NCBI GenBank assembly: GCA_051294375.1
Contig: CM119267.1
Coordinates: 11,172,537 to 11,236,536, forward strand
Source: Paraspadella gotoi
Lineage: Eukaryota > Animalia > Chaetognatha
Length of the DNA stretch: 64,000 nt
Reading direction: 5' to 3'
In this document: piece by piece, positions 1 through 13,026 of the stretch
How positions within the stretch are numbered: position 1 is the stretch's first letter
How the letters are laid out: the number at the start of each line of letters is the position of its first letter
The notes under the pieces: model-generated
Seen by the model: only the letters and a program-made list of their open reading frames with translations
What the model was told of the DNA's origin: nothing
The model's database searches: none
Made by a program: the position numbers and the translations under genes

Positions 1-582
1 TCTCCTTTCCTTCTCTTCCCTCGTCTCTCCTCCTTTTTTTTCTCCTCTCGTCTTCTCTCTCCAGTAAACCCGGATCGACTTCCCCCTCTTTTCAAAGAAA
101 AGAAACTCGAGAGAAAGGGATTCCCGAGTCCCGAGTTATTGGTTCCTTTATTTGGTTTTTGTTTTTGTATCGAGAAAAGGATTTGCTAAATTAAAAAAAA
201 CCAAAGGAGAAATGGGAAATATTGTGAAAGGAGTGGAGGAGTGAGAGACGCAAGAGTGCAACGAGGGTTGAAAACTGTCGTCGTCGTCTCCTTTTAAATC
301 CTCTCCACCTCCTACTCCTCCTCCTCCTCCTCCTCATTTCATAATTTCGTCCTTCTCGTCGTTGTTTTCATTGCGGAGGATCAGAGCGAGGCTTAGGTCG
401 TCGTTGTTATTGTTTTGGTTTTTATTTATAGATCCCTTCCTTTACTCGGAGGCAGTTTGACGTCGTCGTCGTCATTTTCGTCGTTTTTGTTGACGTCTTT
501 GACGAAGAGGTCGGTCTCCTTCGCCGGAAAACCCCGTCGATCGATTTCCTTCGCGGCGGATTCGAACCAGTCGACAAAAATC

Positions 583-660
583 AGGGCCAATTCTAAGGCC
601 ACAAATTCCAAGGCCAATTCTAAGGCCAATTCTAAGGCCAATTCTAAGGCCACAAATTCC
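583..660. repeat. 12/15-bp minisatellite (aaggccaattct / aaggccacaaattcc), 6 units
   Basis: Visible tandem units. Unit lengths are multiples of 3, which explains ORFs 415-669 and 426-728. Confidence 0.85.
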
Positions 661-1333
661 TTCTCATAAAAATTCTCAAGAAAATTAATAAATTCATGTA
701 AAAATAAAAACCAAGTCGTTGAGGGCACATTGTTGAAACTTGAACAATTAGAAAGAAAAAAAAAATGGAGGACAGTAAAAGTCTCTCATGAAAATATATT
801 TTCATGGCGATAATTATCTAATTTCGGTGGTCTGACATAAATAAGACAATCGGAGTGATAAACTGGATTTGGGCCGGGATACTGCACTGAGTAGAAGTAT
901 CGGGGTGATGAGAGGCTCGGGGTGGAGGCTTCGGAATGGAGGCGATACCTACTAGGCGTTGTTTGTTGTTTTTTATGGAGATAACGAAGATTATGTTATT
1001 GAAATACAAATAAAAATTAAAACTCTCAAATCTTGAGTTAATAGACGCAGTAACTCCGTCCATGAAAGAGGGGCACTCTATTCTGAAAGCGCCCCATTTC
1101 TGTTACTAATCCCTGAACTTAAAAACCCAAATATTTTATAATAAACTTTCACTAAATACAAATACTAATCTAAATTTTGATAATCCCTAATCCCATAACC
1201 TGAATCCTTAACCTTAATTCAGATATTAACTTAGATGTCCAGACGATGATCTACCTGCCAATGAACTCTAATCCACGGACGTGATATTTCGGTGATACAC
1301 GTGGTGATCGAACGTCAAAATTATCTTGGGAGG

Positions 1334-1450
<117 letters not shown>

Positions 1451-2194
1451 GAGAGACAAAGTGACAACCTCAATTATATCCACGGGGCGACAGAATTTTT
1501 TTGAGCACCGAATCCTCGTCGGGTGCGCTTGGGAGATTAGTATATTAATTTGCGGTTGACATAAACGAGGATTTTTTTATTATTTCGCGTTCCTTTCGGT
1601 TAGAATCGCTTCGGTTCTTCAAACGTATAATTACGATTTTTTTTAGGGGCCGCCGTACGTCACAGTTAAAAAAAAAGGAGCCACCAACCGAGATAGGTTC
1701 CTAGGTGAGCTCTTTAATGAAGGCTAACATTTATCGTTTGAATCTTTATCGTTTTTACAATTTTCGAATTAAGCAAAGAATGGATAAAAAATTAACAACT
1801 TTCACTAGTTTAAATTTTATTTAAATGCTAATAGTAAAAAAGAAATTAAGATTCAGTATCCAGTAATTGTCCACTGTCCAGGAATGAACAAGGGCGTGAC
1901 TCGGCAAGGGTAATCGCATTATGGTTTTGTCACTGGTTTGCTCAGAATTCGTTTTAAGTTAAGAAATTTCGCCGATGAAGGTTAACTAAATATTTTCGCC
2001 GCATCAAAACCGACTCGTATTTTAACAGGGACAGACCGATCTATCATTAAAATTTTTTCTGTAGTCAAATAAAACGAAATGTCGAAGACCGATCTTAAAA
2101 TCGCGTCTGTTCCGAGGACAATGTATGTTCAACTTGCTCAATGCAAAATTATATATTTATGGATTGTATACTTGTCTACTTATTGCTGGTTGAA

Positions 2195-2307
2195 TTCTCT
2201 CTCTCTCTCTTTCCTCTCTCCCTCGTCCCTGATTTTTTTCATTCGATTAGAGGGGCGAAACGTGGGGAGGAAGTTTGATGGAAGGCGCGCAAGAATAATA
2301 TTGTTGA

Positions 2308-2342
<35 letters not shown>

Positions 2343-2371
2343 AGAANNNNNNNNNNNNNNNNNNNNNNNNN

Positions 2372-2406
<35 letters not shown>

Positions 2407-2502
2407 TCAACAATTATTTTCGCGCCTTCCATCCAAACTTCCCCCACTTTTCGCCCCTCATAATCGAATGAAAAAAAAATGAGAGCGAAAGAGAGAGAGA
2501 GA
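2195..2502. repeat. ~130-150-bp inverted duplication around a 25-N gap (foldback)
   Basis: cattcgattagaggggcgaaacgtggggaggaagtttgatggaaggcgcg..ttgttgacacgag is mirrored by ctcgtgtcaacaa..cgcgccttccatccaaacttcccccacttttcgcccctcataatcgaatg. Confidence 0.8.
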
Positions 2503-2992
2503 GGTGGGGAGGTAGAAAGAAAGAAGAAAAGGGGGCGGGAAAAGGAAAACGGGAATAAAAGGAAAAAGAAAGGGAAAAGAAGTGGGAGGTGAAGTCGATT
2601 TTAACAATCTCTTCTTATCTCTCTTTNNNNNNNNNNNNNNNNNNNNNNNNNNNNNNNNNNNNNNNNNNNNNNNNNNNNCCCCATTTTTTTTGGCGCTGCC
2701 AAAGACCCGGAATGACTCGGAACAAGAAGAGAGTAAACATCGAGTTATTCTTTTGGAAGGAGAGAGACAGAGAGTGAGAGAGANNNNNNNNNNNNNNNNN
2801 NNNNNNNNNNNNNNNNNNNNNNNNNNNNNNNNNNNNNNNNNNNNNNNNNNNNNNNNNNNNNNNNNNNNNNNNNNNNNNNNNNNNNNNNNNNNNNNNNNNN
2901 NNNNNNNNNNNNNNNNNNNNNNNNNNNNNNNNNNNNNNNNNNNNNNNNNNNNNNNNNNNNNNNNNNNNNNNNNNNNNNNNNNNNNNNNNNNN

Positions 2993-3024
<32 letters not shown>

Positions 3025-3649
3025 AAACAATATGACTAAAATTGAAAATTTAACAAGTCAGTTTAAATAAACATATTTTTGTGGAGTTGATTTATCTTGC
3101 TATTGCGTAAAAGCTGTCGAGAAAAAATTCATGACAGCTAAAAATAAACAAGAAAACTCGTTACTTTCTCGACTGCCCTAAATGGAAAAATTCTCAACAA
3201 AAAAAAAGAGACAGAGCTAGAAAAACAGGGACTAAGCGCGTCCCGAATGAAAACTAAGAAGGGAATGACAGAGACAGCGAAAAAAGGAAAGGAAAAATGC
3301 GAAAAGCTGAATGTAAAAAAAGTGACACTAACTCTGAAAAAATGTCTCGGCGGGACAGAGAGACAAATTGAAAACTGCAATGACTGCAGTAAGTTGCGAG
3401 AACTGCGGAGAATGAAAAAACTGAAAGTAACTCATGTGCGAGGAAGAGTAGCATAACTATGAGGTGGGGAAGGTGAGTTTGAAAAAAAAAAGGAAAGAGG
3501 CAAAGGGAAAATGGAAAAGGTAGGGGCAGCGAGTGTGAGAGCGAGAAGCAAACGCAGAAGGTAAGTAAACTCGGTCGCTTTTTCAACCCGTCGACTTCAC
3601 CACCGATGGAATATGCAAATTAAGAGAGAGAGAGAGAGAGAGAGAGAAG

Positions 3650-3689
<40 letters not shown>

Positions 3690-4261
3690 GGGGCACTCTT
3701 TTTTTTCTCTCTCCCAATCTGCATAAATCACCGGCCGTCCGCAGGAGATGTGCTTCGCCGCTCCGAAGATGATTACATTTTTAAAACTCGTTTTATTTTC
3801 TCGACTTCGAAGGAAATAAATCGCGAGGGTTTACGGTTTAGAAGAATTCATGAAAAAATTGAGAAAATCGTGGAGCGAGAAAAAAGAGAAAAGGTAAGAA
3901 AACAAAATCTTGGTCTGATTATTGTAATAATTCACAAGTTAGAGCGACTCGTAATATTAATAAGAGAGACGTTTAATAAACCAATATGCATTTAGTAAAG
4001 TATGCGGTCGTCTCCTACCAGTGGTAGTACCACTGGAACTGATATTCTAGCAACGTTTCGCTTGGCTCATGGAGCGGGAGGCCGTCGTGATTGAACCAGT
4101 TACTCGCAGTTGGGATGGTGTGTCAGCCAGCTTAGTCCATGGCCAATGGTGAGGCGGCTTTAAGTCTGCGCCACATGCGTACCTTATTCAAAAACTCCTC
4201 CAAACTTCCAGACTTTTTCAACTCATCTTCCCTATTACAATTTACATCCCAATTCACCAAT

Positions 4262-4537
4262 ATGGCGATCGACGGCGTCGAACCGGAAATGAACGCGGTC
4301 GACGAGGAAGTTCGCGGGATCGAGGCCGACTTGCGCGCGCGAACCGAAGAGATGCGGCGTGGCGTGGAAGCTGCGCGGAATTTGGGCGACGCGTTTGAGA
4401 TTTTGAGGGCGTTGGAGGCCCTCCGAATCATGATGCCGGCGATGGAGGCTCTGATGGAGAGGTTGGAAGTGCTGCGGCGCCGACGGGTGGCGACGAGGGA
4501 TTGGTTCGTCGACGCCGATCTTCGGAAACGCGCTTGA
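4262..4537 (+). CDS. Small single-exon orphan helical/coiled-coil protein (91 aa, MAIDGVEPEMNAVDEEVRGIEADLRARTEEM...)
   Basis: GC-rich island that coincides with the ORF, aatATGG start context, E/R/A/L/M-rich amphipathic composition, AATAAA at 4775. Confidence 0.55.
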   Translation: MAIDGVEPEMNAVDEEVRGIEADLRARTEEMRRGVEAARNLGDAFEILRALEALRIMMPAMEALMERLEVLRRRRVATRDWFVDADLRKRA

Positions 4538-4897
4538 GGAACTGAGTCTTCCAAAGGTCGATAACGCATGTAATCAATATGTGAAATTGTACATTTGAGA
4601 ATTGATCGTCTTTTTTCGGGACTCGAGGACTAAAGTCAAAACATCCTGTTCAATATTCATGATCAATCGAAGGCTCTTATCATCGTTAAGACCAAATCAC
4701 CAACTTCCACTGTGATAAAAAATACTTTGTTCAAATTGTAACGTACTTTCTGGTTTTAATATTATCTATTGATAAATAAAGCGCGTCTTCACGTGCTTCT
4801 CTTTTTTGTGTCAATAAGAAATAAGGACGATGATGAAGATGATGATTTCGATGGTCATTACAAAACTGAAAATCTCACAATTTTAAAATATGTGAGT

Positions 4898-4930
<33 letters not shown>

Positions 4931-5546
4931 AAATGAAAACTGCAGACGATCTTTCGCTAGCGACGTCCCAGAGGAAATAAAGAGGCGTGGCCGAGGGGCG
5001 TCGACGATAGTAAACAGAGCGGAAACTCTCCTTCGATCGACGAACGAATTGAAATACTTACTCTTCGGAGATTAACCTATTTGAGCGTCCATCTGTGCGG
5101 TTAAGCCTGGTCGCCGCTGCCGCCTCTGCCGCCGACGCAGCCGCCGACTATGTCGTCTCTGCCGCCGACTCTGCCGACGATTAGGGTCTGTTACCATTAG
5201 ACAAAAGGGATACTCAAACGCCGGTTGTGGAAATCAAAAGAGGGAAAAAGAACGCAAAACCATAACAATAACATTAATAATCTCATTGACTATCTGGTTT
5301 GTTAGGAGCTTTATTGTTATAAGTAAAATGGAAAGTCTTGGTTTTTGATGAGATTAAGTCAAGCTGAAGAAATGCCACGGCGTCTTGCTTGAGAGAGAGA
5401 GNNNNNNNNNNNNNNNNNNNNNNNNNCGAGAGAGAGAGGAGCTGCAGAGGTGAAGAGAGGAGAGAGAGAGATGAATGACAGAAGGAGAGAGAGAAGAGAA
5501 GAAGAGGATGAGAGAAGAGAGCCTGGCATGAGAGATGAGATGAGCA

Positions 5547-8279
5547 GTGTAATTTCGAATATCGCGGATCCTTAAACGAATTTATTTCACGGCGCGGATG
5601 TCAGGACGGCCCCGACTCCCGACAACAACGACAACGACGACTGAAACTTCTGACCGCCATTCAAACAAAAGCGCACTTCAGCGACGACGACGACCGTACG
5701 ACGACGACGACGACGCATCGACAGAAGTTTGCACCTCTGAAATACAAACTTTGTTTTCGTCGGCTTCATCCATCTTTCTTTTTGTCGTTGTTGTCCGTCC
5801 CGCTGTTTGACTCGAGCATATTCGGACAAAAGGGGAAAAAATAGGGAAAATGAAAGGAAGTAATGAAAAAAGTTGAAACGCGTCAGACGACGAGGCACGA
5901 ACGACGGCACAATAGACACAAAGACGAGGACGACGCACGAAGTGCACGGCACGTGATATGAGAAAACTACGAGAATAAAAAAACACGGGTACGGTCGGCC
6001 GACGGAAGCCGTTCGATAACGGAAGAAGCCGCGAGGGGGAAAGAAGCGGGCGCGATACAGAGTTAGTGTGGAGGGCAGGGGAAATGCAAAGCAGCCCAAA
6101 CTACCGAGCCCCTAGGCGATAGCGCTCAACCGCCCAGCGCCCACTGCCACCGCGCCACACAGACGCCCACGCCAAGCTCGAACGGCAAAGAAGGGGGCGG
6201 GGCAGCAGCGAGGCCGGCAAAGGCGAAGAACAGCAGGCGGAAAGAGGAAAAGGAGGACAGGAGACGAACGCGTAAGGAGGGGAGCGAGGAGAGAAGAGAA
6301 AGAGAGAAGGAAAGGAAGGAGAAAAAGAAAAAGAAAGGAGTGAAAGAGGAGAGGTGGAAGGAGGGGTGAGCGATGGAGAGAAGAAGAAGAGAAGGAGGAG
6401 AGGGAAAAAGAAAAGGAAAGGAAGGAAAGGAGAGATCGTGAAGGGGGGGGAGCGCGGATGAGAGAGAAGAAGAGAAGGGAAGAGGGGAGAAAAGCGAAAA
6501 AACAGGAGGAAAGGAGAGAGCGGGAAGGAGGGGAAAGCGAGGAGAGAGAGAAGAACGAGAAAGGAAGGAGAGGAGAGACCCAAAACGGGAGGGAAGAAAC
6601 AGACAGCGAGGGCAGAAAAACGGGGGCACACGCGAAGCAGACGTGAGGAGAGAAAGAAGGGGCGGAGAAAAAGAGGGGAAGGGAAGCAGGAACAGAAGAG
6701 GAGCCCGGGAGAGCGAAGACGGCAGGGCGGAGCGGTGGAAGGGAAGACCGGGCAAGCCGGGCAAATCAATAACAAAAAGGCAGACGCGCGAACCGGGCGG
6801 AGAGTCCTGCGAAGGGGGCAAAAAAAGCCAGCACGCGTGGGCCCGGGAAAGCGTGGGGGTGGGAGGACGTGTAGGAGTGGACAGGGGGGAAGAACAAGCA
6901 GGGCAGGAGGAAGAAGAGCAGCGGGGGAGGAAGCAAGGCAGAAGGCGGAAGGAAGGGCGAGGATGGGGAGGAGCGGCAGGGGAGGGGGAAGAGGAGGGCG
7001 GGGGAGAGGAAAACAGGGGAGAAAGGAAGCGCGATCGGGGGGGTGCGGGGACGCTGGGAAGCAGTGCGGAACAACAGAGGGAAAGAGAAAAGGAAGAGAA
7101 AGGACATGCGGAAGAGAGCAAAGAGAAAAGAACAAGAAAGAGAAGGAAGAGGGAAGAAAAGAGAAAGGGGGGAACACAAGGACCAAGAGGGAGACAAAAA
7201 CAAAAGGCGCTGGAAAAGACGCGAGAGCGAGGGGAGGACAAGGGAGCCCCGGCGGCGGAAAAACGAGAGAAGGGAGAGAAGGCAGGGCCGAGGGACGAGA
7301 GTGGCAAGGCGGGAGAACGAGGAAGTAGGTGCCAAGAAGGAAGGAGGATAGGAGCGGGAGCAGCCATGAGGCAAACGTGGGCGGGCAAGGAGAAAAAAAC
7401 GAGCGCGGACGGGGGGGAAGGGGGGAGCAGGGGATGAGGAGGGGCAGGGGTGGGGGGGAGGAGGAGGAGACGAAAGACAGAACGGCTGGAAGGGGCAAGA
7501 AGACGACAGCAAGGCAGGGACAGAAAAAGGTACAGGGTGCGACACGGAACGGGGAGCCCGGCAGCGCAAGCGTGGGAACAAGGAAAAGGGGACGCAGACG
7601 GAGCAGACGGGGGGGGAAGCCAGAAGGGGGGGACGCACGGCAAGGGGGAGGGAAAAAAAGGAACCAAAGCAAGCGGAGCAGGGATGTGACCAGACGAAGA
7701 GCGCGGCTGCCGCAGCAAGCGGTGGAGAACGGGATAGCGGACAGGGGGGAGGAGAAACGGAGAAACACAAAAGCAAGGCGCGAACAATGCGGGGAAGGGA
7801 AGGCGGGCCCCGCGCAAAAAGGGGCGCGGGGGGCTGGGAGAAAGGAAAGAGGGGAGGGAGGCAGCCAGGAAAAGGAAACAAAGGAATAGAGACAGGAGTG
7901 AGACCAGTATGTCAAAAAAGGAGGCCCGGGGCAGGGCCGGCAACTACACAAAAAGGAGTCCAACGCGGCCAAGCGAGCGGCAGGGGCCCGAGGCAAGAGG
8001 GAGGAAGAGGGAGGAGCAGCGGAGGTAATGGGGCCGTGCGCCGGAGCAGCGGCAAACAGAATGAGACGGAAACAGGGATGGAGTGTAGGAGAGGGAACAG
8101 GCAGCCGGGGCACCGAGCGGAGGAGGTAAGATCGGCGGGCTGGGAGGCGAGGAGAGAGTGTAATTCGATATCGGGATCCTTAACGAATTTATTCACGGCC
8201 GCGGATGAGGACGGCCCCGACTCCGACAACAACGACAACGACGACGAAACTTTGACGCCATTCAAACAAAAGGCACTCA

Positions 8280-8319
<40 letters not shown>

Positions 8320-8609
8320 AGTTGACCTCTGAAATACAAACTTTGTTTTCGTCGTCTTCATCCACTTTCTTTTTGTCGTTGTTGTCGTCCCGTGTTTGAC
8401 TCGAGATATTCGGACAAAAGGGGAAAAATAGGAAAATGAAAGGAGTAATTGAAAAGTGAAAAGGTCAGACGACGAGGACGACGACGACAATAGACGACAA
8501 AGACGAGGACGACGACGAAGGCGACGACGATGATGATGAGAAAAACTACGAGAAAAAAAAACACTTTACGTTCTTCGACTGAAGCGTTGATAACGGATAA
8601 GCCGGGAGG
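5547..8609. repeat. ~470-bp direct duplicate (5547-6035 noisy, 8158-8609 clean) flanking a ~2.1-kb T-depleted purine-rich stretch
   Basis: Both copies contain ggatcctt..cgaatttatt..cggccccgactcc..ctctgaaatacaaactttg..gataacgga. The intervening 6035-8157 is aperiodic, G/A-rich and has almost no T. A 25-N gap lies at 5402-5426. Confidence 0.8.
8160..8332 (+). CDS. Possible acidic C-terminal coding fragment (SLTNLFTAADEDGPDSD...ALSDDDDDDDDDDDDEVDL*)
   Basis: Open frame with a (GAC)n poly-Asp tract. The 5' context is unreliable sequence. Confidence 0.25.
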
Positions 8610-8915
8610 TGTAAAATAATCTTTCTCTATACATTATTTAGGTGTTAGGTCATTGGAAATTCAAATCATCCCAAACTACCTATCCCATGCTATATCTCCA
8701 ACGCCATCTCCCACGCCNNNNNNNNNNNNNNNNNNNNNNNNNNNNNNNNNNNNNNNNNNNNNNNNNNNNNNNNNNNNNNNNNNNNNNNNNNNNNNNNNNN
8801 NNNNNNNNNNNNNNNNNNNNNNNNNNNNNNNNNNNNNNNNNNNNNNNNNNNNNNNNNNNNNNNNNNNNNNNNNNNNNNNNNNNNNNNNNNNNNNNNNNNN
8901 NNNNNNNNNNNNNNN

Positions 8916-9230
8916 GTTTGGATCGAGGAGAGAGATAAGAAGAGAAGTAAAGATAGGGAGAAAAGGAAAAAGAATTGAGGAAAGTAAAGAGGTTAAGGTG
9001 TTTGGATCGAGGAGAGAGATAAGAAGAGAAGTAAAGATAAGGAGAAAAGGAAAAAGAAATGAGGAAAGTAGAGAGGTTAAAGAGTTTGAATTTAGGAGAG
9101 AGAGATAAGAAGAGAAGAAAAGATAAGGAGAAAAGGAAAAAGAAATGAGGAAAGTAGAGAGGTTAAGGACTTTGGATCGAGGAGAGAGATAAGAAGAGAA
9201 GTGAAGATAGGGAGAAAAGGAAAAAGAAAA
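8916..9230. repeat. ~84-bp purine-rich minisatellite, ~3.7 copies, next to a gap
   Basis: Units gtttggatcgaggagagagataagaagagaag...gaggttaag start at ~8916, 9000, 9084 and 9170. Confidence 0.85.
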
Positions 9231-10724
9231 AGAATATGTTCTTGGCAAAGAGAGAAATAAAGATCATCAAGGGTGAGAAAAAGTGGTTGAAATGTTTTCC
9301 AATGGAGATAAGATAAAAGGTGAGACAGGATCGGTCTAGTCAGATAAAAGGCGAGGTAAGGATGGGAATTGTCCAATGATCATGAGTCTGTGAACCGAAT
9401 ATACTTGGACTTGTTTGTTGTAAGATCTTCAGAGGTATTCCTTGCAATAGCTTTTAAAAAAATGAATTATAAATTAAAAGTTAAAATTTTCATTGATTTT
9501 TTTAAAACTTAGGCTACGAAACTTCTCGAGCAAAAAAGAACAATAGATTTACGACGTTCTTTCGTATCTTTTATTTCTGTTCAAGAAAAACCTTGGGTGG
9601 TTCACCCCGCGACCGCTAGAGGCGCCAGATGTTCATTTTTTCTCCGCGTTAGTGACGCGGCGAAGATTTTCGAAACTCGCGCTACATAAAAAAAANNNNN
9701 NNNNNNNNNNNNNNNNNNNNNNNNNNNNNNNNNNNNNNNNNNNNNNNNNNNNNNNNNNNNNNNNNNNNNNNNNNNNNNNNNNNNNNNNNNNNNNNNNNNN
9801 NNNNNNNNNNNGGAGAGAGATGCTGGCCAAATAAAGAAAAAAAAATTCTCGTCACCCTGAGCGCTGATCTTTACATACTCGACTTTTTGGACTATTTGAG
9901 AAATTTATAAGCAAATCGAATTAATATTAAAGAATGAAATCTTCAAGAACGTTTTTTCCTTCTCCTTTTTTTGTTGCTCGAAATTCTAAGAAAGCAGGAA
10001 TGAGCTTCTCACTGTTTGTTTGCCGTTCAAAGAAGAAAAAAAAAAAACAAATTCGATTACAGGAAACAGACAATTCTAAAGATGGGCGGCGGACTAGAGG
10101 ATGTACGTTCGCTCTCTCGTCTTTCTCTTCTGCTCTCCGTCTTCATCGTCTCTCCTCGTCTCCTTCTCTCTTCTCTCTCCTCATCTCCTCTCCTTCGTCT
10201 AGCTCTCTTCGCTCCGTTCTCGTGCTCGGGGTCCCTCCTCAATACAAACCTGTTTGATAACGAGTAAATGCTTTTCCCGAGATTTATTCTATTGAAGAAA
10301 TATTTTCTTTTATGCGCTAATTTGAGATCGTTTTCATGTTACTGATATATATTATTTACATATGTACGTAAATAGTAAATAGCTAAGAATAAGTTAAAAA
10401 ACAGTTAAATAATTTTATTTAACTAACGTCTGGGAGCGTTTCTCTTCTTAAATCCCAATAAAGAAAAAATAATATTACCGTTGAATTAGAGTAAAATAGT
10501 CCCATATGTGACTTTTTTTATGCTTAGAATTTAATGATAATACAAAAAAATTCATTCATTTCTAAATTTAATTAAATAACTAATTAATTAAGAAGTAACT
10601 AATTATCGAATTCAATTAAGCCGATTTCCTTGTATCCTTCTCTAGATCTCGCATCCTACTACATCTCTTAATGCCTTGAACCGACTTCTCCGTTACCCAT
10701 GGTTGCGCAAAACGAGAACGATAG

Positions 10725-11015
10725 CTAATTCACGCGCCGATACTGCGGCGTCGGATTGGCCGGCTGCCATACCGCCGCATCCGGGCGCGCTAGGCGGACG
10801 CCGCCATTCTTCGCGGATTGTAGGGCATCCTCGTACGCATCCTCGGCATTAGCGCCTGCAGATCGCATTTTAGCCATAGCCGCCTGCACCGGCCTGGCAT
10901 GCATCTGCCGCGCACCAGTCCCGTGCATCTTGGGGCTCGCGGGAGGCTTCGGTCCCGGTGAGCGCATGCGCGTCTCTAAGTGACGTTCGCTTCGTTGAAC
11001 TTGGAGCGTCGCCAT
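10725..11015 (-). CDS. Small orphan basic protein (96 aa, MATLQVQRSERHLETRMRSPGPKPPASPK...)
   Basis: GC-rich island that coincides with the ORF, aaaaaaATGG start context, non-repetitive sequence, minus-strand AATAAA near 10414-10419. Confidence 0.5.
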   Translation of the reverse strand: MATLQVQRSERHLETRMRSPGPKPPASPKMHGTGARQMHARPVQAAMAKMRSAGANAEDAYEDALQSAKNGGVRLARPDAAVWQPANPTPQYRRVN

Positions 11016-12380
11016 TTTTTTATCCTCGTCGTCGTCAATCAACGGGTGACGTGGTGCGTAGCGGAGAAACGCCGTCCCTTTCTTCGAAGTTCGTTGCCAG
11101 GAAACGGCGATCGGTAAGCGGACGCCATCTCTTCGGTTCGTATTATTGCCACAAATATCGGGTGGCGTTGATAATGACACTCAATACATTGTCTACCTAA
11201 ACGTTGTGATAACTAAATCCAAGATATCAAGTATCAATCAACCGCAAAGTTTATATCAATTCTGTCACTAGTAAACTAATCTTCACTAATCATGAACTAA
11301 TGTAATAAAGTTAATATTCTTTATCACTTTTCCTTTTAACTATGCCCTAATAAAATAACAAAAACCTACAAATCGTATTATTTATTATAGTTCTGTTACT
11401 TTTAATCTGCTCACAAATCAAGATTTAATTAAGCTAATCTTCTTGAGCTACGAAATAACAATCTTCATCACTTCTCCCGATTTTTTCCCGCCATCTCCCT
11501 TCTCAATCACACACCTCTTCATTCTTCAACCCCCCCCAAGTTCCTCCCCCTCGCGATAGCAAAGTGGCGCCTTAACTTCATTAGGCTCCGGCTTCTCATT
11601 AGAGGTAATCACGACCGTCGACTGGGAAAAGCGGGGGAAAAAGGGGGCGTCGCTTTCCCGTGTCTCTTCCGTCCGAACCGCTTCCGCTTCTTGCGCTTTT
11701 CAAAAGTAACTGTCCTCCTGTTGCATTCGAAACAACGAACTGTCCGCAGCTTATTTCGCTCGTTTTTCTTCTAGCTTACCTCATCAGTACGAGCGTGTGG
11801 AGGTTGATTTAGATGGTTTTCATGTTCCGTAATTTCGGTCGGCGTCCGGTCGGTCGGTCGGTCGCTCTTGTCGTTTCTTGTCCTTTCTCTGCTTATTCTC
11901 TCTTCCTTTCTTTTCTTTCTTTCTTTCTTTCTTTTCTTTCTTTCTGTTCCTTTTCTTTTTTCTTGTCTTTTTTTTTTTTTCTTAATCCTTTCTTCCTCTT
12001 CTTTCTTTCATTGCTACGTGTATGNNNNNNNNNNNNNNNNNNNNNNNNNNNNNNNNNNNNNNNNNNNNNNNNNNNNNNNNNNNNNNNNNNNNNNNNNNNN
12101 NNNNNNNNNNNNNNNNCGAAGGTCCGAGATACACTCTCGGCATCTGACCTCGAGCATGACCCGAGACCTTTCCGTTTAATTCGAGACCGATACCAATCAA
12201 AATCAAATCTTGTTTCGATCTTATCGACGAATCAGTCTCTCTTGCTTCGAGTCACCTTAACTTTGAACGAGTTCGTATTTTCTCAAAATCCTCAAATTCA
12301 AAACTCGATACGACTTTCCCTTTCGAAAACCCAAAACTGATTTGCGCATCGAGTACCGCTCCCCGCTAAAAGTTTTTTAG

Positions 12381-12556
12381 ATCCGAAGCCGACCCGTACG
12401 GAGCTTCCCCCGACTCCCGAGTTAATTTTACGCGCGGGCGGAATTCAGAAGCGGAAAAAAAAAGCGGACGGGAGGTAGAATCGAGATCGCAGAAGCGGAA
12501 ACGTCACCGACGAAGCGGAAAATGTCAACTGGCCCGGGTCACGTGACCGTTGGGAG
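12381..12556 (+). CDS. Candidate upstream exon of the 13027-13600 gene
   Basis: Acceptor ttttttag at 12380 and donor AG|gtgaac at 12556, phase-compatible with the 13027 exon (AG|C = Ser). An in-frame ATG lies at 12522. The full exon is open only if the A9 run at 12455-12463 is really A8. Confidence 0.45.
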
Positions 12557-12632
12557 GTGAACGGAAACGGAATAAAGATCGATAAGGCTTGTATGGGCCC
12601 CAGAGCGAGAGAGGCGACCGGAAGGCGATTGT

Positions 12633-12750
<118 letters not shown>

Positions 12751-13026
12751 TACTTTGTAAAGCGAACGAACGACGAATGTAATGAAATTAAAAATTCGAA
12801 ATTTACGCTTGTTAGACATTGAAATTATTCGATAATCGATATAGTTAAAAAGTTATGATAATGAGCAATATCAGCATATATAAAAAAAGTGAACAGTGAT
12901 AAATAAGTTTTTATATTATATCGATCCGTCGTATCTAACGGAAAGATGAAGATGATGATGACCACATCGATTATTGAATAATGGTGATATTGAATATTGA
13001 TAATGACGATGACAACGATTTCGCAG

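Noticed and set aside
583-660. CRISPR-like or coding repeat
   Set aside because: Units abut without spacers, and the context is eukaryotic. Coding status of ORF 426-728 is unsupported.
1105-1220. Telomere-like CCCTAA/CCTTAA words
   Set aside because: Too few and too degenerate to call an interstitial telomeric array.
6101-8113. Long ORFs of 670, 605, 371 and 264 aa
   Set aside because: Stops are absent only because the tract lacks T on + (A on -). The products are low-complexity, and the region is probably read noise.
8916-9230. 28-aa leucine-rich-repeat-like reading of the 84-bp minisatellite
   Set aside because: No LxxLxLxxN consensus. The frame shifts between units, and the Leu/Ser/Phe bias follows from the pyrimidine skew.
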